Shown here: one piece after another, positions 1-9,325 of the stretch
How positions within the stretch are numbered: the first letter of the stretch is position 1
Layout: every line of letters begins with the position of its first letter
NCBI GenBank assembly: GCA_963725995.1
Contig: CAVSAX010000012.1
Coordinates: forward strand, 3,329-67,328
Length of the DNA: 64,000 bases
Direction: 5' to 3'
From: an uncultured Acidobacteriaceae bacterium
GTDB taxonomy: Bacteria > Acidobacteriota > Terriglobia > Terriglobales > Acidobacteriaceae
Translations under genes and position numbers: made by a program
The notes under the pieces: generated by a model
Seen by the model: only the letters and a program-made list of their open reading frames with translations
Database searches by the model: none
What the model was told of the DNA's origin: nothing

Positions 1-317
1 AGACACTACACTAACAATCCAACCGGTTGCAGAGATCGGCGGCCACCGTCGGCGTTCTCTCTCTTTGCCCCACGCGGCGTTAGTAAGACGATTATATGTA
101 CCGGCGATCGAAGCAGGATTGCGAGCCGAAGTAGCGGTTCGGATTATTAAACACTTCAACTTTCCCCTACGTAGTGCGGAGATTTATAAATGAGCGCGAC
201 AGCAGCACCTATCATTAGCACGATCATTCTCACTGAAACGGAGGTCGGCCTTCGATCAAAATCGGGCATGCTCACTTTGTCCAGCATGACGAAAGCGCTC
301 GTATTCAGGGATGCGCG

Positions 318-745
318 ATGAGGGCTTCAATAATTATTGTCTTGTTCCTTGTACTACTCCCACCGGTCACCCATGCAGGTACGGGTGGACCGTTGGCACC
401 GGCTTCGGTGGGCATAGCAGGCGCAAACGCGATCGAGAGTGAGAGCAATTTAGGATTGACCTTTAGCGTGATTAACTATGGCGGAAAATGTCTCGACTAC
501 GGTCATCGCCGGAAAATGGAGGAGCTACAGTCTTTCTAAATGACTGTGCCGCAGCACATCCGATTCAAGTACAGGAGATAAACAACGATCACGAAGTAAT
601 CCTGCGTGCCGGTACGGGGGTTGTGGGGGTCCACAATCCGATGGTGTTTACTTCCGGGGGCTCGCCGGCAACCCACCAACAGAATTTGCGCTCGAGCTGT
701 CTGTGCGCATCGAGAAGACTTGGGGGCATCGTGAGCGGGTCGTAG
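318..745 (+). pseudogene. Fragment of a secreted ricin-B/beta-trefoil lectin-like protein, frameshifted
   Basis: The N-terminus looks like a signal peptide (MRASIIIVLFLVLLPPVTHA). GKCLDYG in one frame continues as SSPENGGATVFLNDC in the next frame. This gives the CLD..G....NG..V.L..C spacing typical of ricin-type lectin repeats. The fragment is short and broken. Confidence 0.3.
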
Positions 746-825
746 AGATCCGTTGGCTAGGTAGTGCGAAACAAATAGCGATTGTTTAGGCGTGAGTCCA
801 GTCGCCCCTATAGGCAAGCAACGCC

Positions 826-1584
826 CTATTTGCGGTGAAGCCCTCCAAAGAATCGTGTGACGCCTTTTAGCGAATCGATGCGCGCAATAAACTCATCCGG
901 GTTTCGCATTAGTTCGCGATACGTAAGTGCAATCTTCTTGGGAGCTGCCAATTTGGTGCAGTACTTAATTAGGCGGGTGAGATCCTCGCCAGCTACACCC
1001 GCCCTCTTGACCAGAAAGCTTGGGTGTCTGCATGGATTCTTTGGGTGCTTCCTCTTTAGAGCAATCGACTGGTCACGCTGGCGGGCTAACGGACAGGCTT
1101 GTTCCCACATAAGAATCCAGCCAGGCTCCGAGATGCGATACCTGCCCGCGTGAATGGGTTTGGTGACAAGCAAAGTGTGAACATGTGCGCACGGTGTCGT
1201 CCTACCCCTATTCTTTGCTACTTCAAGTACCGAAAAATGAGAGATGACACGATTGCGTAGGCGGTCATGCTTGAGCAACTTCCTCATGCCACGGACGGCA
1301 GACTTGGCATACGTGTTTACATCGGGGCTGTCTTCAGCAGCACCGGTGAGAAGCCATAATTGACAACCGGGATGTTTACGAATGAGGGCAGGAAGAGCTG
1401 TTTCCAGATGCTTGCGTTGTCTGTATGCCCTTCTGCTCTCGCACTTGATGCAGTAAGGCCGTTGACATTGGCGATGACCAAAGCATTTTGTAAGGAGAAC
1501 TGCCTCATGGACGAGGCCTCGCTTGGCCAGCATGGCTGCGACGTCAGCGGAGATCCGGTTAATGGAAGTGAGTGCTACTGACAC
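826..1584 (-). CDS. Rolling-circle replication initiator-like (HUH endonuclease, Rep_1-like) protein
   Basis: The 252-aa ORF carries three ordered motifs: LWLLTG, HVHTLLV (His-hydrophobic-His) and LIKYCTK (candidate catalytic Tyr). It also has a Cys-rich CQRPYCIKC segment. Confidence 0.55.
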   Translation of the reverse strand: MSVALTSINRISADVAAMLAKRGLVHEAVLLTKCFGHRQCQRPYCIKCESRRAYRQRKHLETALPALIRKHPGCQLWLLTGAAEDSPDVNTYAKSAVRGMRKLLKHDRLRNRVISHFSVLEVAKNRGRTTPCAHVHTLLVTKPIHAGRYRISEPGWILMWEQACPLARQRDQSIALKRKHPKNPCRHPSFLVKRAGVAGEDLTRLIKYCTKLAAPKKIALTYRELMRNPDEFIARIDSLKGVTRFFGGLHRK

Positions 1585-1874
1585 CTGAAACCGAGCCCGT
1601 CTTCGCCAAATGAATTTACATGCTCTTGAATAATCTCAAGTCGTTCTCACCATTGCAGATAAAGGCTAACAATCAAATTGAAGGGTTTTAACGAGGCACA
1701 ATAAGTTTAACGTCTTTACAAGTGCGAAAGACACACAAACCCCCTCCCCACTTTTATTTGGGTATAGACATAGTAGCACTCAGCGGGTGGGTGTCAAGCT
1801 TTATATGTGCTTTTTATTTCAGACAGAGCCATCTGCACGTCAAGGTAGGGTATACGCCATCTAGACGCGCCAGC

Positions 1875-1974
1875 TTGACATGATTTGCGTCCAACTAGGG
1901 TTCATTTATTATTTTCTTGACATATAGCGACAGTGGTCTAGAGTCTATCTTGACAGTTGAAAAGGGAGTTGACA
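1875..1974 (+). promoter_or_regulatory. Cluster of four direct TTGACA hexamers upstream of the resolvase pseudogene; candidate promoter, res site or iterons
   Basis: TTGACA occurs at 1875, 1917, 1950 and 1969, three times as CTTGACA. Its reverse complement TGTCAA resembles resolvase half-site cores. The 7-bp inverted pair TCTAGAC/GTCTAGA lies at about 1860 and 1937. Confidence 0.3.
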
Positions 1975-2547
1975 TGACACCAGCCAAGAGACACGACAAG
2001 ACGGTCGGTTACATCCGGGTCAGCAGCGTGGATCAAAACACCGTCCGCCAGCTTGACGGTGAAGAATTGGACAAGGTGTTCACCGACAAGGCGTCAGGTA
2101 AGGACACAAAGCGTCCACAACTGCAGGCTGCCCTCGAATACCTCCGCGAGGGTGATACTCTTGTTGTCGCACTCGATGGATCGGCTAGCCCGGAACATGG
2201 ATGATCTGCGGAAGATGGTCAAGGAACTCACCAGCAAGGGAGTCGAGGTTCGCTTTGTGAAAGGAGTCGCTCACGTTCACCAGCCGAGGACGACAAGATG
2301 TCGAATCTCATGCTGTCCATACTCGGAGCGGTAGCACAGTTCGAGCGGGAGCTCATCAGGGAGAGGCAGCTTGAGGGAATCGCAATTGCGAAGAAAAGCT
2401 GGCGTTTATAAGGGTCGCAAGCCATCGTTGACAGCAGCACAGGTGACGGAGATTCGCGAGCGGGTCAAGGCTGGTGAGCAAAAGGCGAAACTGGCGGGAG
2501 AGTTCGGGGTGTCGCGGCAAACACTGTATACCCACTTGCAGGAGTAG
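1974..2547 (+). pseudogene. Serine recombinase (resolvase/invertase) with multiple frameshifts
   Basis: VGYIRVSSVDQN (catalytic Ser region), DKASGKDTKRPQL, SMDRLARNMDDL, AQFERELIRERQ and the C-terminal HTH GVSRQTLYTHL are all present. They are spread over three frames, with shifts near 2168, 2262, 2283 and 2398. An AAGGGAG RBS precedes ATG 1974. Confidence 0.8.
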
Positions 2548-2689
2548 ACACTGGTATCAGATCACCACTGAAGGGGCGGGGTGATGAGCGTACTTAGCAC
2601 TTGCGTTACAAAACAGACCAAGGACATGCGTTACAGCGAAGCGGAACCATGATGTTCCTCGGCTTTGGTCGGACGCACGATGATGCGGT

Positions 2690-3852
2690 ATGCCCTGGAA
2701 AGAGAGTCGTATCGTGGATCAGCGCCTGCAGTTCTTGTCGAGCTACCAAAAGGAAGAGATGTCAGTCTCGGACCTCTGTCGTGAGTTCGGAGTGTCACGG
2801 CCTACCGGATACCGTTGGATCAACCGATACAAGGAAGTCGGACCGGAAGGGCTCTTAGACTTAAGCAGTAGGCCTCATAGCTGCTCCCACGCGACGCCGG
2901 AGAGGACCGAGAACGCGATTCTGGCGTTGCGGAGCAAGTACCCGTCCTGGGGAGCGCGCAAGCTCAAGGCAAGGCTGGAGCAGTTGGAGCCGGGCGTGGA
3001 CTGGCCAGCGGCCAGCACGTTCGGCAACATTCTCCAGCGTGCCGGTTTGACCAGTCCAAAACGCAAGAAGCGGCGCACGACACCCTACTCGGAACCATTC
3101 TCCGAGGTGACAGCACCGAATCAGCTCTGGTGCATGGACTTCAAAGGCTACTTCAGTACGGGCGATGGGGCACGATGCGATCCGTTCACCATCACGGACG
3201 CTCACAGCCGCTACCTGATCCGCTGCCAGATGGTCTCGCGGATGGATCTGAGTCAGGTAAGAGCGGTCTGCGAAGCGGCTATGCGCGAGTACGGCATGCC
3301 AGCACGTATCAGAACAGACAACGGGGCTCCGTTTGCTGGTACTGGTCTACTGGGTTTGTCGAAGTTCTCGCTTGGATGGATGAAGCTGGGCATCGTGCAT
3401 GAGCGCATTCAGCCCGGCAGACCGCAGCAGAACGGGCGCCATGAGCGGATGCATCGAACTCTCAAGGAAGATACAACGAACCCGCAGCCACCACACTACG
3501 GCTGCAGCAGAAGAAGTTCGATGGGTTTCGGCAGATGTTCAACCACGAGCGGCCGCACGAAGGCCTGAACAACAAGACTCCTGGCAGTATCTATCAGCCC
3601 AGTTCCGTGATGCTTCCGCGCGCCCTGATCGACTTTGTCTACCCTAAGGGGTTCGTGACTCGCAGGGTGAATAACAGCGGAGACATCAGCTGGCACAAGG
3701 ACAGAGTGTTCATTAGCGAAGTCTTACGCTTCGAGGATCTCGGCTTTGAACTTGTTGCAGAAGACTTCTACAAGGTCTTCTTTCGTGATGTAGAGATTGG
3801 AGAGTTCGAAGTCGAAGCCCTCCGTTTTAGGCCTTTGCAGGCCACTCGATGA
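2690..3852 (+). mobile_element. IS481-family transposase gene (HTH + rve/DDE integrase core), one frameshift; element ends not defined
   Basis: HTH SVSDLCREFGVSRPTGYRWINRY is followed by DDE-core segments WCMDFKG, RIRTDNGAPF and PQQNGRHERMHRTLK. The C-terminal part (QQKKFDGFRQMFNHERPHEGLNNKTP) continues in another frame after about 3480. I could not identify terminal inverted repeats. Confidence 0.8.
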
Positions 3853-4871
3853 CGGATTAGGTCAACCGCTCTATCGAACTGCCGCACTTCTGGCTCGCTT
3901 CTTGCTGCCAATTTCCGGGTTGCGGATAATCCATAACGATGGACAAGATCCTTGAGAAGGTGGCATGGCTCCGGTGCCGCGAGCCTATGAGCTGTGTCTG
4001 GCCGAGCCATGCCTAATCCCTCCTTTGGGGAGGTACCGCTCCACAGCTATTCCGGGATGATTCTTTTGCCGGTGTTCTCGAACTCGGCGGCCGGCACGGT
4101 AGTTCTCTCCTTGCAAGTCGCAGTCCGACGCCACAGCTTTACCGACCAAGTCGTTCCGGCTGGTCAGCTGTAGCTCCAGACTAACTCGCCTTGTCGCCAC
4201 TCCGACTCCAGTGGCATCGGCCACGAAAGCATAGAAGCAGCACGGGAAAGCGATTCGGTCCCACGTGCTTCCAGCTGCCGTAAAACGGAGAAGAGGGACC
4301 AGGGAGTGAAGCACTGGTGATTACGGCCCCGCCGGCCGCGAAAGAGATCAGAGAATGAGCCGTATCCCGGCCCGGGAATGTTGACGTTAAATATCCACGA
4401 CCCTGCGATCGGCGAGCCGAGACGAGGGTTGTTTTCGTCTGCCCTAGGCTCCTCGATACCAGCCGAGAACGTTGAATTTTCGCCTTGAGCGCGGGCCACG
4501 GAGCTGTACCTGGTCAGTAGAAGTCGACACCACGGGGGCCATCATGAGCCGTGTGACCATGCGTCGCTTGCTGCCGACTTCCCACGATTGCCATGTTGTT
4601 TCTCCTTTGAATGCGTTTCATTGCCCGATTCGCCGGTCTCGGCGAACCCGAGAGCCGTTCCACCTGGTTGCGGCTACTGATTGATATTTGGTGAGGGAGA
4701 GTATCTTGGACTAGTAAAAACGCGCCAAAGTTAGGCGCGCCGACTGGCTGGACTTTGATGTCGCGGCCGAGGCCGGCGAGATGGGAAGATCTCGACATGC
4801 ACACAATTTAGTCGGCTACGCCTGACCCCCGTCTTACACCATTCATCCATTGCTTTGCGCAGAGGGAAATT

Positions 4872-5669
4872 TTGGTGCAGACTTCATCCGTCATTGAAAC
4901 TGCCCTGGCCGGGCTTGAGAACATTCTGGCTTTTTATCTCGACGGTCAACCAACGCTGCATGTAGTATCAGGCCCGAGAGCCATTGTTCCCCGCATCCAT
5001 TGCTTCGGTACGCAGACACGCTCTCCGGGTTGCTTTTCCTTCACCGGATCCGTCTTGTCGTTTGGGATCTTTCTCAGGCCATTCGCCTCTTGGCAGCTAT
5101 TTCGCATTCCTCCGGCCGAGTTTGCCGACCAGCAGTTCGAAGGAAGGGACGTGTTCGGACCGTGGATCACCGAGCTCTGGCTCAAACTCGGCGAGTGCGA
5201 TACCTTCTCTGACCGGATCCGGGTAGCGACCGAAACGCTCTTGCCGTTTGCCGAGCATGCGAGTCCGGAGACCAGAACGATGGCCACTGCACAGAACCTC
5301 TTTCTAGGCGACTCCGGCATGCGGATTCAACAACTGGCCCGCGAGTCGTTCATGAGCATTCGAAGCTACGAACGGAAGTTTGTCGCAGAGACGGGCTTCT
5401 CACCGAAGCTGTTTGCCCGTCTGCGACGCTTTCAAATGGCTCTCGATCGAAAGCGTTCGTCGGGAACGAGATGGCTCGATGTCGCGCATGACTTAGGGTA
5501 TTTCGATCAGATGCATATGGTGAAAGACTTTCGAGCGTTTGGCGGCGAGGCGCCTAGTCGTCTGATCCAGAGCTGTGGTGATTATCAACCCTGGTCCATT
5601 GGCGAGCCACTGTCGCTGAGCGACGTAACAAGCAGGGAGATTCCGCATCGCTCGTCAATGGTGCGGTAG
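4872..5669 (+). CDS. AraC-family transcriptional regulator
   Basis: The C-terminus has an AraC-type double HTH: IQQLARESFMSIRSYERKFVAETGFSPKLFARLRRFQMAL and LDVAHDLGYFDQMHMVKDFRAFGG. Confidence 0.75.
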   Translation: MVQTSSVIETALAGLENILAFYLDGQPTLHVVSGPRAIVPRIHCFGTQTRSPGCFSFTGSVLSFGIFLRPFASWQLFRIPPAEFADQQFEGRDVFGPWITELWLKLGECDTFSDRIRVATETLLPFAEHASPETRTMATAQNLFLGDSGMRIQQLARESFMSIRSYERKFVAETGFSPKLFARLRRFQMALDRKRSSGTRWLDVAHDLGYFDQMHMVKDFRAFGGEAPSRLIQSCGDYQPWSIGEPLSLSDVTSREIPHRSSMVR

Positions 5670-5787
5670 GAACTCGTTCTCTTGCGATACTCTATTCAGG
5701 GACCCGTCTCCACACGCAAGACCAACAACCCTCCCCTGCGGCTGAAGAGCCCGAATAGCTGGGACGGGCTAGTGGGTTATGTTTTGT

Positions 5788-6123
5788 TTAATGAACCAAG
5801 ATAAGCTCGGGCGGGTCCATGAAGCTATAGAAGTAGTGATCGTGCTTCTCCACCGTCGCAGTGAATTGCTGGCGACCCAGGAGGAGGTTGAACACATCCG
5901 GGCGGAGGGTGTGGGCAGTTTCCAGCATGTGCTCGCATACGCGGGCAGGGAGTGACTGGCAGAGGATGAAGAGATCGACAGGCTCATGGAGGAGGCAGTC
6001 GACGGCTTCAGTCACCTTGGTGGTGGTCCAGACTTGAAAACCGCCCCTGTTGAGTACTAGTTTGCGGGTTTCAAGCAGAGCTGGATCATGCCCCAATATG
6101 AGGACGCCCCGGGAAGAGTGCAC
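5788..6123 (-). CDS. Single-domain receiver-like protein lacking the canonical phospho-acceptor Asp (atypical or pseudo-receiver)
   Basis: An AAGGAG RBS lies 6 nt before GTG 6123. VLILGHDP and DLFILCQSLP sit where receivers normally have DD and DLxxxD. Confidence 0.4.
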   Translation of the reverse strand: MHSSRGVLILGHDPALLETRKLVLNRGGFQVWTTTKVTEAVDCLLHEPVDLFILCQSLPARVCEHMLETAHTLRPDVFNLLLGRQQFTATVEKHDHYFYSFMDPPELILVH

Positions 6124-6399
6124 GGTAGGCTCCTTCGCAAATCAAATCGCGAGGTCGGAATCATACTTACTAAAGTCAAATAGTTGTGTCTTCCACCGGA
6201 CAGAAGTAATCTTTTTTCCGGTACCCTCTGTAACGACAAAAAACTCTCCCCACGCCAGTCGCAAAGCCGGAAGAGATTCCGGCGTGCTCAGAGATCCCTT
6301 ACCTACTTGCAATGGATCGATGCGATGTAGGCCATCGAGGGGGCTTTCCTGGCAGGAATTGAAGCTAGCCGAAAGAAGTATCGGAGTGAGCTACATCCT

Positions 6400-6417
6400 C
6401 GCGCGCGCGCGCGCGCG
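6400..6417. repeat. (CG)9 dinucleotide microsatellite, potentially Z-DNA forming
   Basis: An uninterrupted CGCGCGCGCGCGCGCGCG run is read directly from the sequence. The paralogous copy at 6820-6827 has only CGCGTGCG. Confidence 0.9.
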
Positions 6418-6453
6418 TACTGTTCCGAAAACTCGCTTTTTAGTACTCAAAAG

Positions 6454-6582
6454 GTTAACAAATGTTAATAAGGACGAGGCTGTAATCCGCTTCGGAAAAC
6501 TTAGTATTTCTTAGCAACTCCGGTCTCCCAACCTTGGGATTTCTCAGTAATTTCGCTCCCGCAAACCTTAACATTTGTTAAC
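6454..6582. repeat. Perfect 15-bp inverted repeat separated by ~100 nt
   Basis: GTTAACAAATGTTAA at 6454-6468 and TTAACATTTGTTAAC at 6568-6582 are exact reverse complements. They lie in a non-coding AT-rich stretch of the island. Confidence 0.85.
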
Positions 6583-6943
6583 ATTTCCTGCCATGATTCG
6601 GCATGCAAAACCTTTAGGATTCAATAGGAGTTAAGACGCTTGAGGTAAGGACTTCTTAAGGCGTCAAATGATGTCTAATCAGCAACCTGCGGAGAGGTCT
6701 CTGCGCTCGGTCACAGAATGCCTAGAGGCGGAGATGATTGGTCCCCGCCTCCTCGTGATTTGAGTCTTGGGTTGCTCGACCACTCGCCCGAGATTCAAAC
6801 TTGCCGAAAGAAGCATCCTCGCGTGCGTACTGCTCCGAAAACCCCCGATTCCTAGAGTGCTATCGCACACTAGGTACCCACCACAACAAGCTATGTGGCC
6901 TTCCGCTCCGTACGTGTAGTTATGTATCGTTGTATGTTCGGAA

Positions 6944-8193
6944 TTAGCATCCGTGATGATGTTCCCGGCGTCTGACTTCGCGCGTTTGGTCATCGTCACA
7001 CTTTGGCGGTCCGGCGCTTCGGTTCGGACGCACGGACCAAGTCCCCTTAACAAGGGCGTCCAACCGAGCTTGGCGCCCCTGCACCCACGCCGCATATGAA
7101 CGTTCCGTGGTCCTTGATGCTGGTGTGGCCTAAGAGCTTTGACACGTCCTCCAAGGGTACGCCTTTTTGTAAGAGGTCAACCGCAAAGGTATCGCGGAGC
7201 CGATGGGCGAGCATGTGGCCGCCCCGGTTAATGCTAGCCTCGCGAAAAGCCGGGACGATGAAACGCTTCCCCCAATTTCCGCATATGCTTTTCTCGGAGC
7301 CTTGCCCGCTCCAAAAGAAATACCTTGCGTTATCGTTGTGGACGGCGAGAAGCTCAACGGCCACGTCTGGCGGCAGGGGGACCGATACGTCCGTCCCGGT
7401 CTTGGTCCGTTGGGTTACGACATGGAATTCCCCGTCGCGCTCGATGAGTTCGTCCCGCCGACAGCGTTAAGGCGTCCATGATGGACAAGCCGCTCCACCT
7501 CATTAGCAGGAACAACCCACGAACCCGCTTCGTCCAGTACGCATAAGTTTGGTTTTCCACGACGGCGTCCTGCGGGGCCTTCACTATGACGTACACAGCA
7601 TCAAGCAAGCGGTCGTATTCGTCATCGGTCAACGGCATTGTGGTCGCCCTGTTGTCCGACAGAATTTTCGGCCACTCGGGAAGCCGTGTTACCCATCCAT
7701 GAGAGTGACAGAAACGCATGAAGGATTTGTAGCGCTCGCGGAGCTTTGAGCGGGTCATCGCGGACGGGTACACCCGCTCCCAATCCTTACAGAAGCTAAT
7801 GATTATTTCGCCCGTGATGCCCCGGACGGTGAACACGCCCCGGCCTTCGCAGAAAGAGGCCAAGCGACCGAGCCACAGTTTGTATTTGCCGATGAGGTCA
7901 GCCGTTAGGCCTTCAATTTGCTTGGCCGCGACGAACACGTCAATGGCGGAGCGAATGTCTCGTCCGGTCTCGTCCGTTTCCACCACGCGACCGGCAAGCT
8001 GGTCTTCCAGTTCGCGCTTGACCCTTTCGGCCTCCGCCCAGGAGCGGGTGTTCGCTTTGCGGCGTTGACGGGTCCCGTGCTGTGTCCAGCGCAGCCACTT
8101 GCGGCAGTCGCAGCGCCTGGCTAATTCATTGCCTTCGTACTTGCAACCGGCAGAGTGCCGAACGTAGATGGTAATTAGTGGGGTCGTGCTCAT
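6944..8193 (-). pseudogene. Tyrosine recombinase (phage-type integrase) with two frameshifts
   Basis: N-terminal MSTTPLITIYVRHSAGCKYEGN runs to MDALTLS, then RRDELIERDGEFHVVTQRTKTGTDVSVPLPPDVAVELL follows in a second frame (shift near 7465). HRLRDTFA and LLGHTSIK are followed by TTERSYAAWVQGRQARLDAL in a third frame (shift near 7113, at a GG). The gene is immediately adjacent to the tmRNA 3' end. Confidence 0.8.
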
Positions 8194-8299
8194 AGTGTCT
8201 TCTCCCGTGCCCTCTTAGCTTTGCGGGAGTATTAGACACGTTTTTGACTCAAAACAAAAGAAATAATACTTTATGGCTTTGTTTTCAATAGGTTAAGTA

Positions 8300-8650
8300 T
8301 GGTGGAGGCGGCGGGAGTCGAACCCGCGTCCGAAACCGAAGACAGTAGAGATACTCCATGCTCAGTCACGTTCCAGAGACTTCGGTCTGCGCGCTCAGAA
8401 CGGACAAAATACGCGCAACCCTAGCCCGTGAATCTCATTCTCTCAGCCCGGACGTAGCATCGAGAACCAGTCTGCTGTGCGACGTTCTTTCGTAGCCCAC
8501 AGACGAAGCCACGGAGAACGGCAACTTATTTAATTAAGCTGCGTATGCCAGTTGATTATCGGCAATTATCATTTTGCAAGCGATTACGGGTGCCCGCCCC
8601 CCGGCATGCATCTCTACCACAACCGATCCCGTCGAAACCGTGACGCCCCC
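8300..8650 (-). ncRNA. ssrA: tmRNA (transfer-messenger RNA)
   Basis: On the minus strand the 5' end is GGGGGCGTCACGGTTTCGACGGG. The 3' end is GGACGCGGGTTCGACTCCCGCCGCCTCCACCA, a tRNA-Ala-like acceptor and T-arm. The internal tag frame GCC GAT AAT CAA CTG GCA TAC GCA GCT TAA TTA A encodes a tag ending in YAA. Confidence 0.9.
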
Positions 8651-8766
8651 ATCCTTTCAGCAGCTCGTGATTCTTAATCATCGCCAGACCGCTCTGAAAC
8701 CATTCTACCGCTAAACCATGGGATGCTTTGCCCTACGAATAAGGGTCCACTTCCTGATCTACGGCG

Positions 8767-9204
8767 CTAAGACCCCAGCTTTTCCAGGTCAATTGACTCG
8801 TATTCCTTGCGCTCGATACCCTCGCGAATCTGCTTGGGGCTCACGCCTTTCTTGGTCAAACGATAAGCGTAAACAGCCTCCTTAGCGCAGGTGGAACACT
8901 CCGCCCCATGCGTATTTTCATAGCAACTGTGCAGGCTATTGTGGCCGAGTGCTCGATCACAGCGGCAGTAGCAAGGCAGCTGGTGGAGTACCGCCGGAAT
9001 CTGGACCGCCATCAGGTATACCTGCTTTTGCCAGGCATAGTGAAAAGATGGCCCAGTCAGCTGGTTTCCCGCAAGAATGGGTGGTAGCTTCGCTGTGGGC
9101 GGCTGGGAATTGTATGCCGGTACGTCGTCGCCGGGATTGGACCATTGCGCGAAGGCGCCGGCCGTAGCCAGCCCCAGCATAAGACTGAGCAAGACGCGCT
9201 TCAT
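8767..9204 (-). CDS. PCYCGC-motif family exported protein (putative metal-binding)
   Basis: Signal peptide MKRVLLSLMLGLATAGAFAQ is followed by LPCYCRCDRALGHNSLHSCYENTHGAECSTC, which matches the PCYCGC Cys-rich signature. The start is taken at the internal ATG (MKRV). Confidence 0.6.
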   Translation of the reverse strand: MKRVLLSLMLGLATAGAFAQWSNPGDDVPAYNSQPPTAKLPPILAGNQLTGPSFHYAWQKQVYLMAVQIPAVLHQLPCYCRCDRALGHNSLHSCYENTHGAECSTCAKEAVYAYRLTKKGVSPKQIREGIERKEYESIDLEKLGS

Positions 9205-9288
9205 AAACACTCCCTGTCGAACCACGCGGTCAAATGAATCTTAAATCCAAGCTTAGAAGGGAATCCAGACCACCGGTTCATTTGAGGC

Positions 9289-9325
9289 AAAAAAAGGCGG
9301 CACGAACGGTTTATTGTTCGTGCCG
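9289..9325 (-). terminator. Intrinsic terminator-like hairpin on the minus strand with no annotated gene feeding into it
   Basis: A 10-bp stem (CGGCACGAAC/GTTCGTGCCG) has an 8-nt loop. On the minus strand it is followed by a run of 7 T (plus-strand A run at 9289-9295). Confidence 0.55.

Larger units (their letters stand above)
6357..6842. repeat. Two diverged direct copies of a ~50-nt segment (6357-6433 and 6792-6842)
   Basis: Copy A is AATTGAAGCTAGCCGAAAGAAGTATC...TCCTCGCG(CG)nTACTGTTCCGAAAAC. Copy B is GATTCAAACTTGCCGAAAGAAGCATCCTCGCGTGCGTACTGCTCCGAAAAC. Hand alignment matches 21 of the first 26 positions. Copy A carries a ~15-nt insertion and an expanded CG run. Confidence 0.6.
1..8299. 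mobile_element. Decayed integrative element or genomic island abutting the 3' end of ssrA; left boundary not found in the window
   Basis: A tyrosine integrase pseudogene sits directly beside the tmRNA 3' end. Serine recombinase, IS481 transposase and HUH Rep-like genes cluster in the same 8 kb, most of them frameshifted. The sequence is visibly more AT-rich than the rest of the window. I found no second copy of the tmRNA 3' end on the left side. Confidence 0.5.

Noticed and set aside
3470-3540. Programmed ribosomal frameshift in the IS481 transposase
   Set aside because: IS481-family transposases are normally a single ORF. There is no slippery heptamer or downstream structure at the junction, and the neighbouring mobility genes are also broken, so mutation or sequencing error is more likely.
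6679-7095. A 138-aa minus-strand ORF downstream of the integrase
   Set aside because: Its upstream half is simply an alternative frame of the integrase 3' end, where the true C-terminal TTERSYAAWVQGRQARLDAL lies in another frame. The rest runs through the repeat region. I found no RBS or motif.
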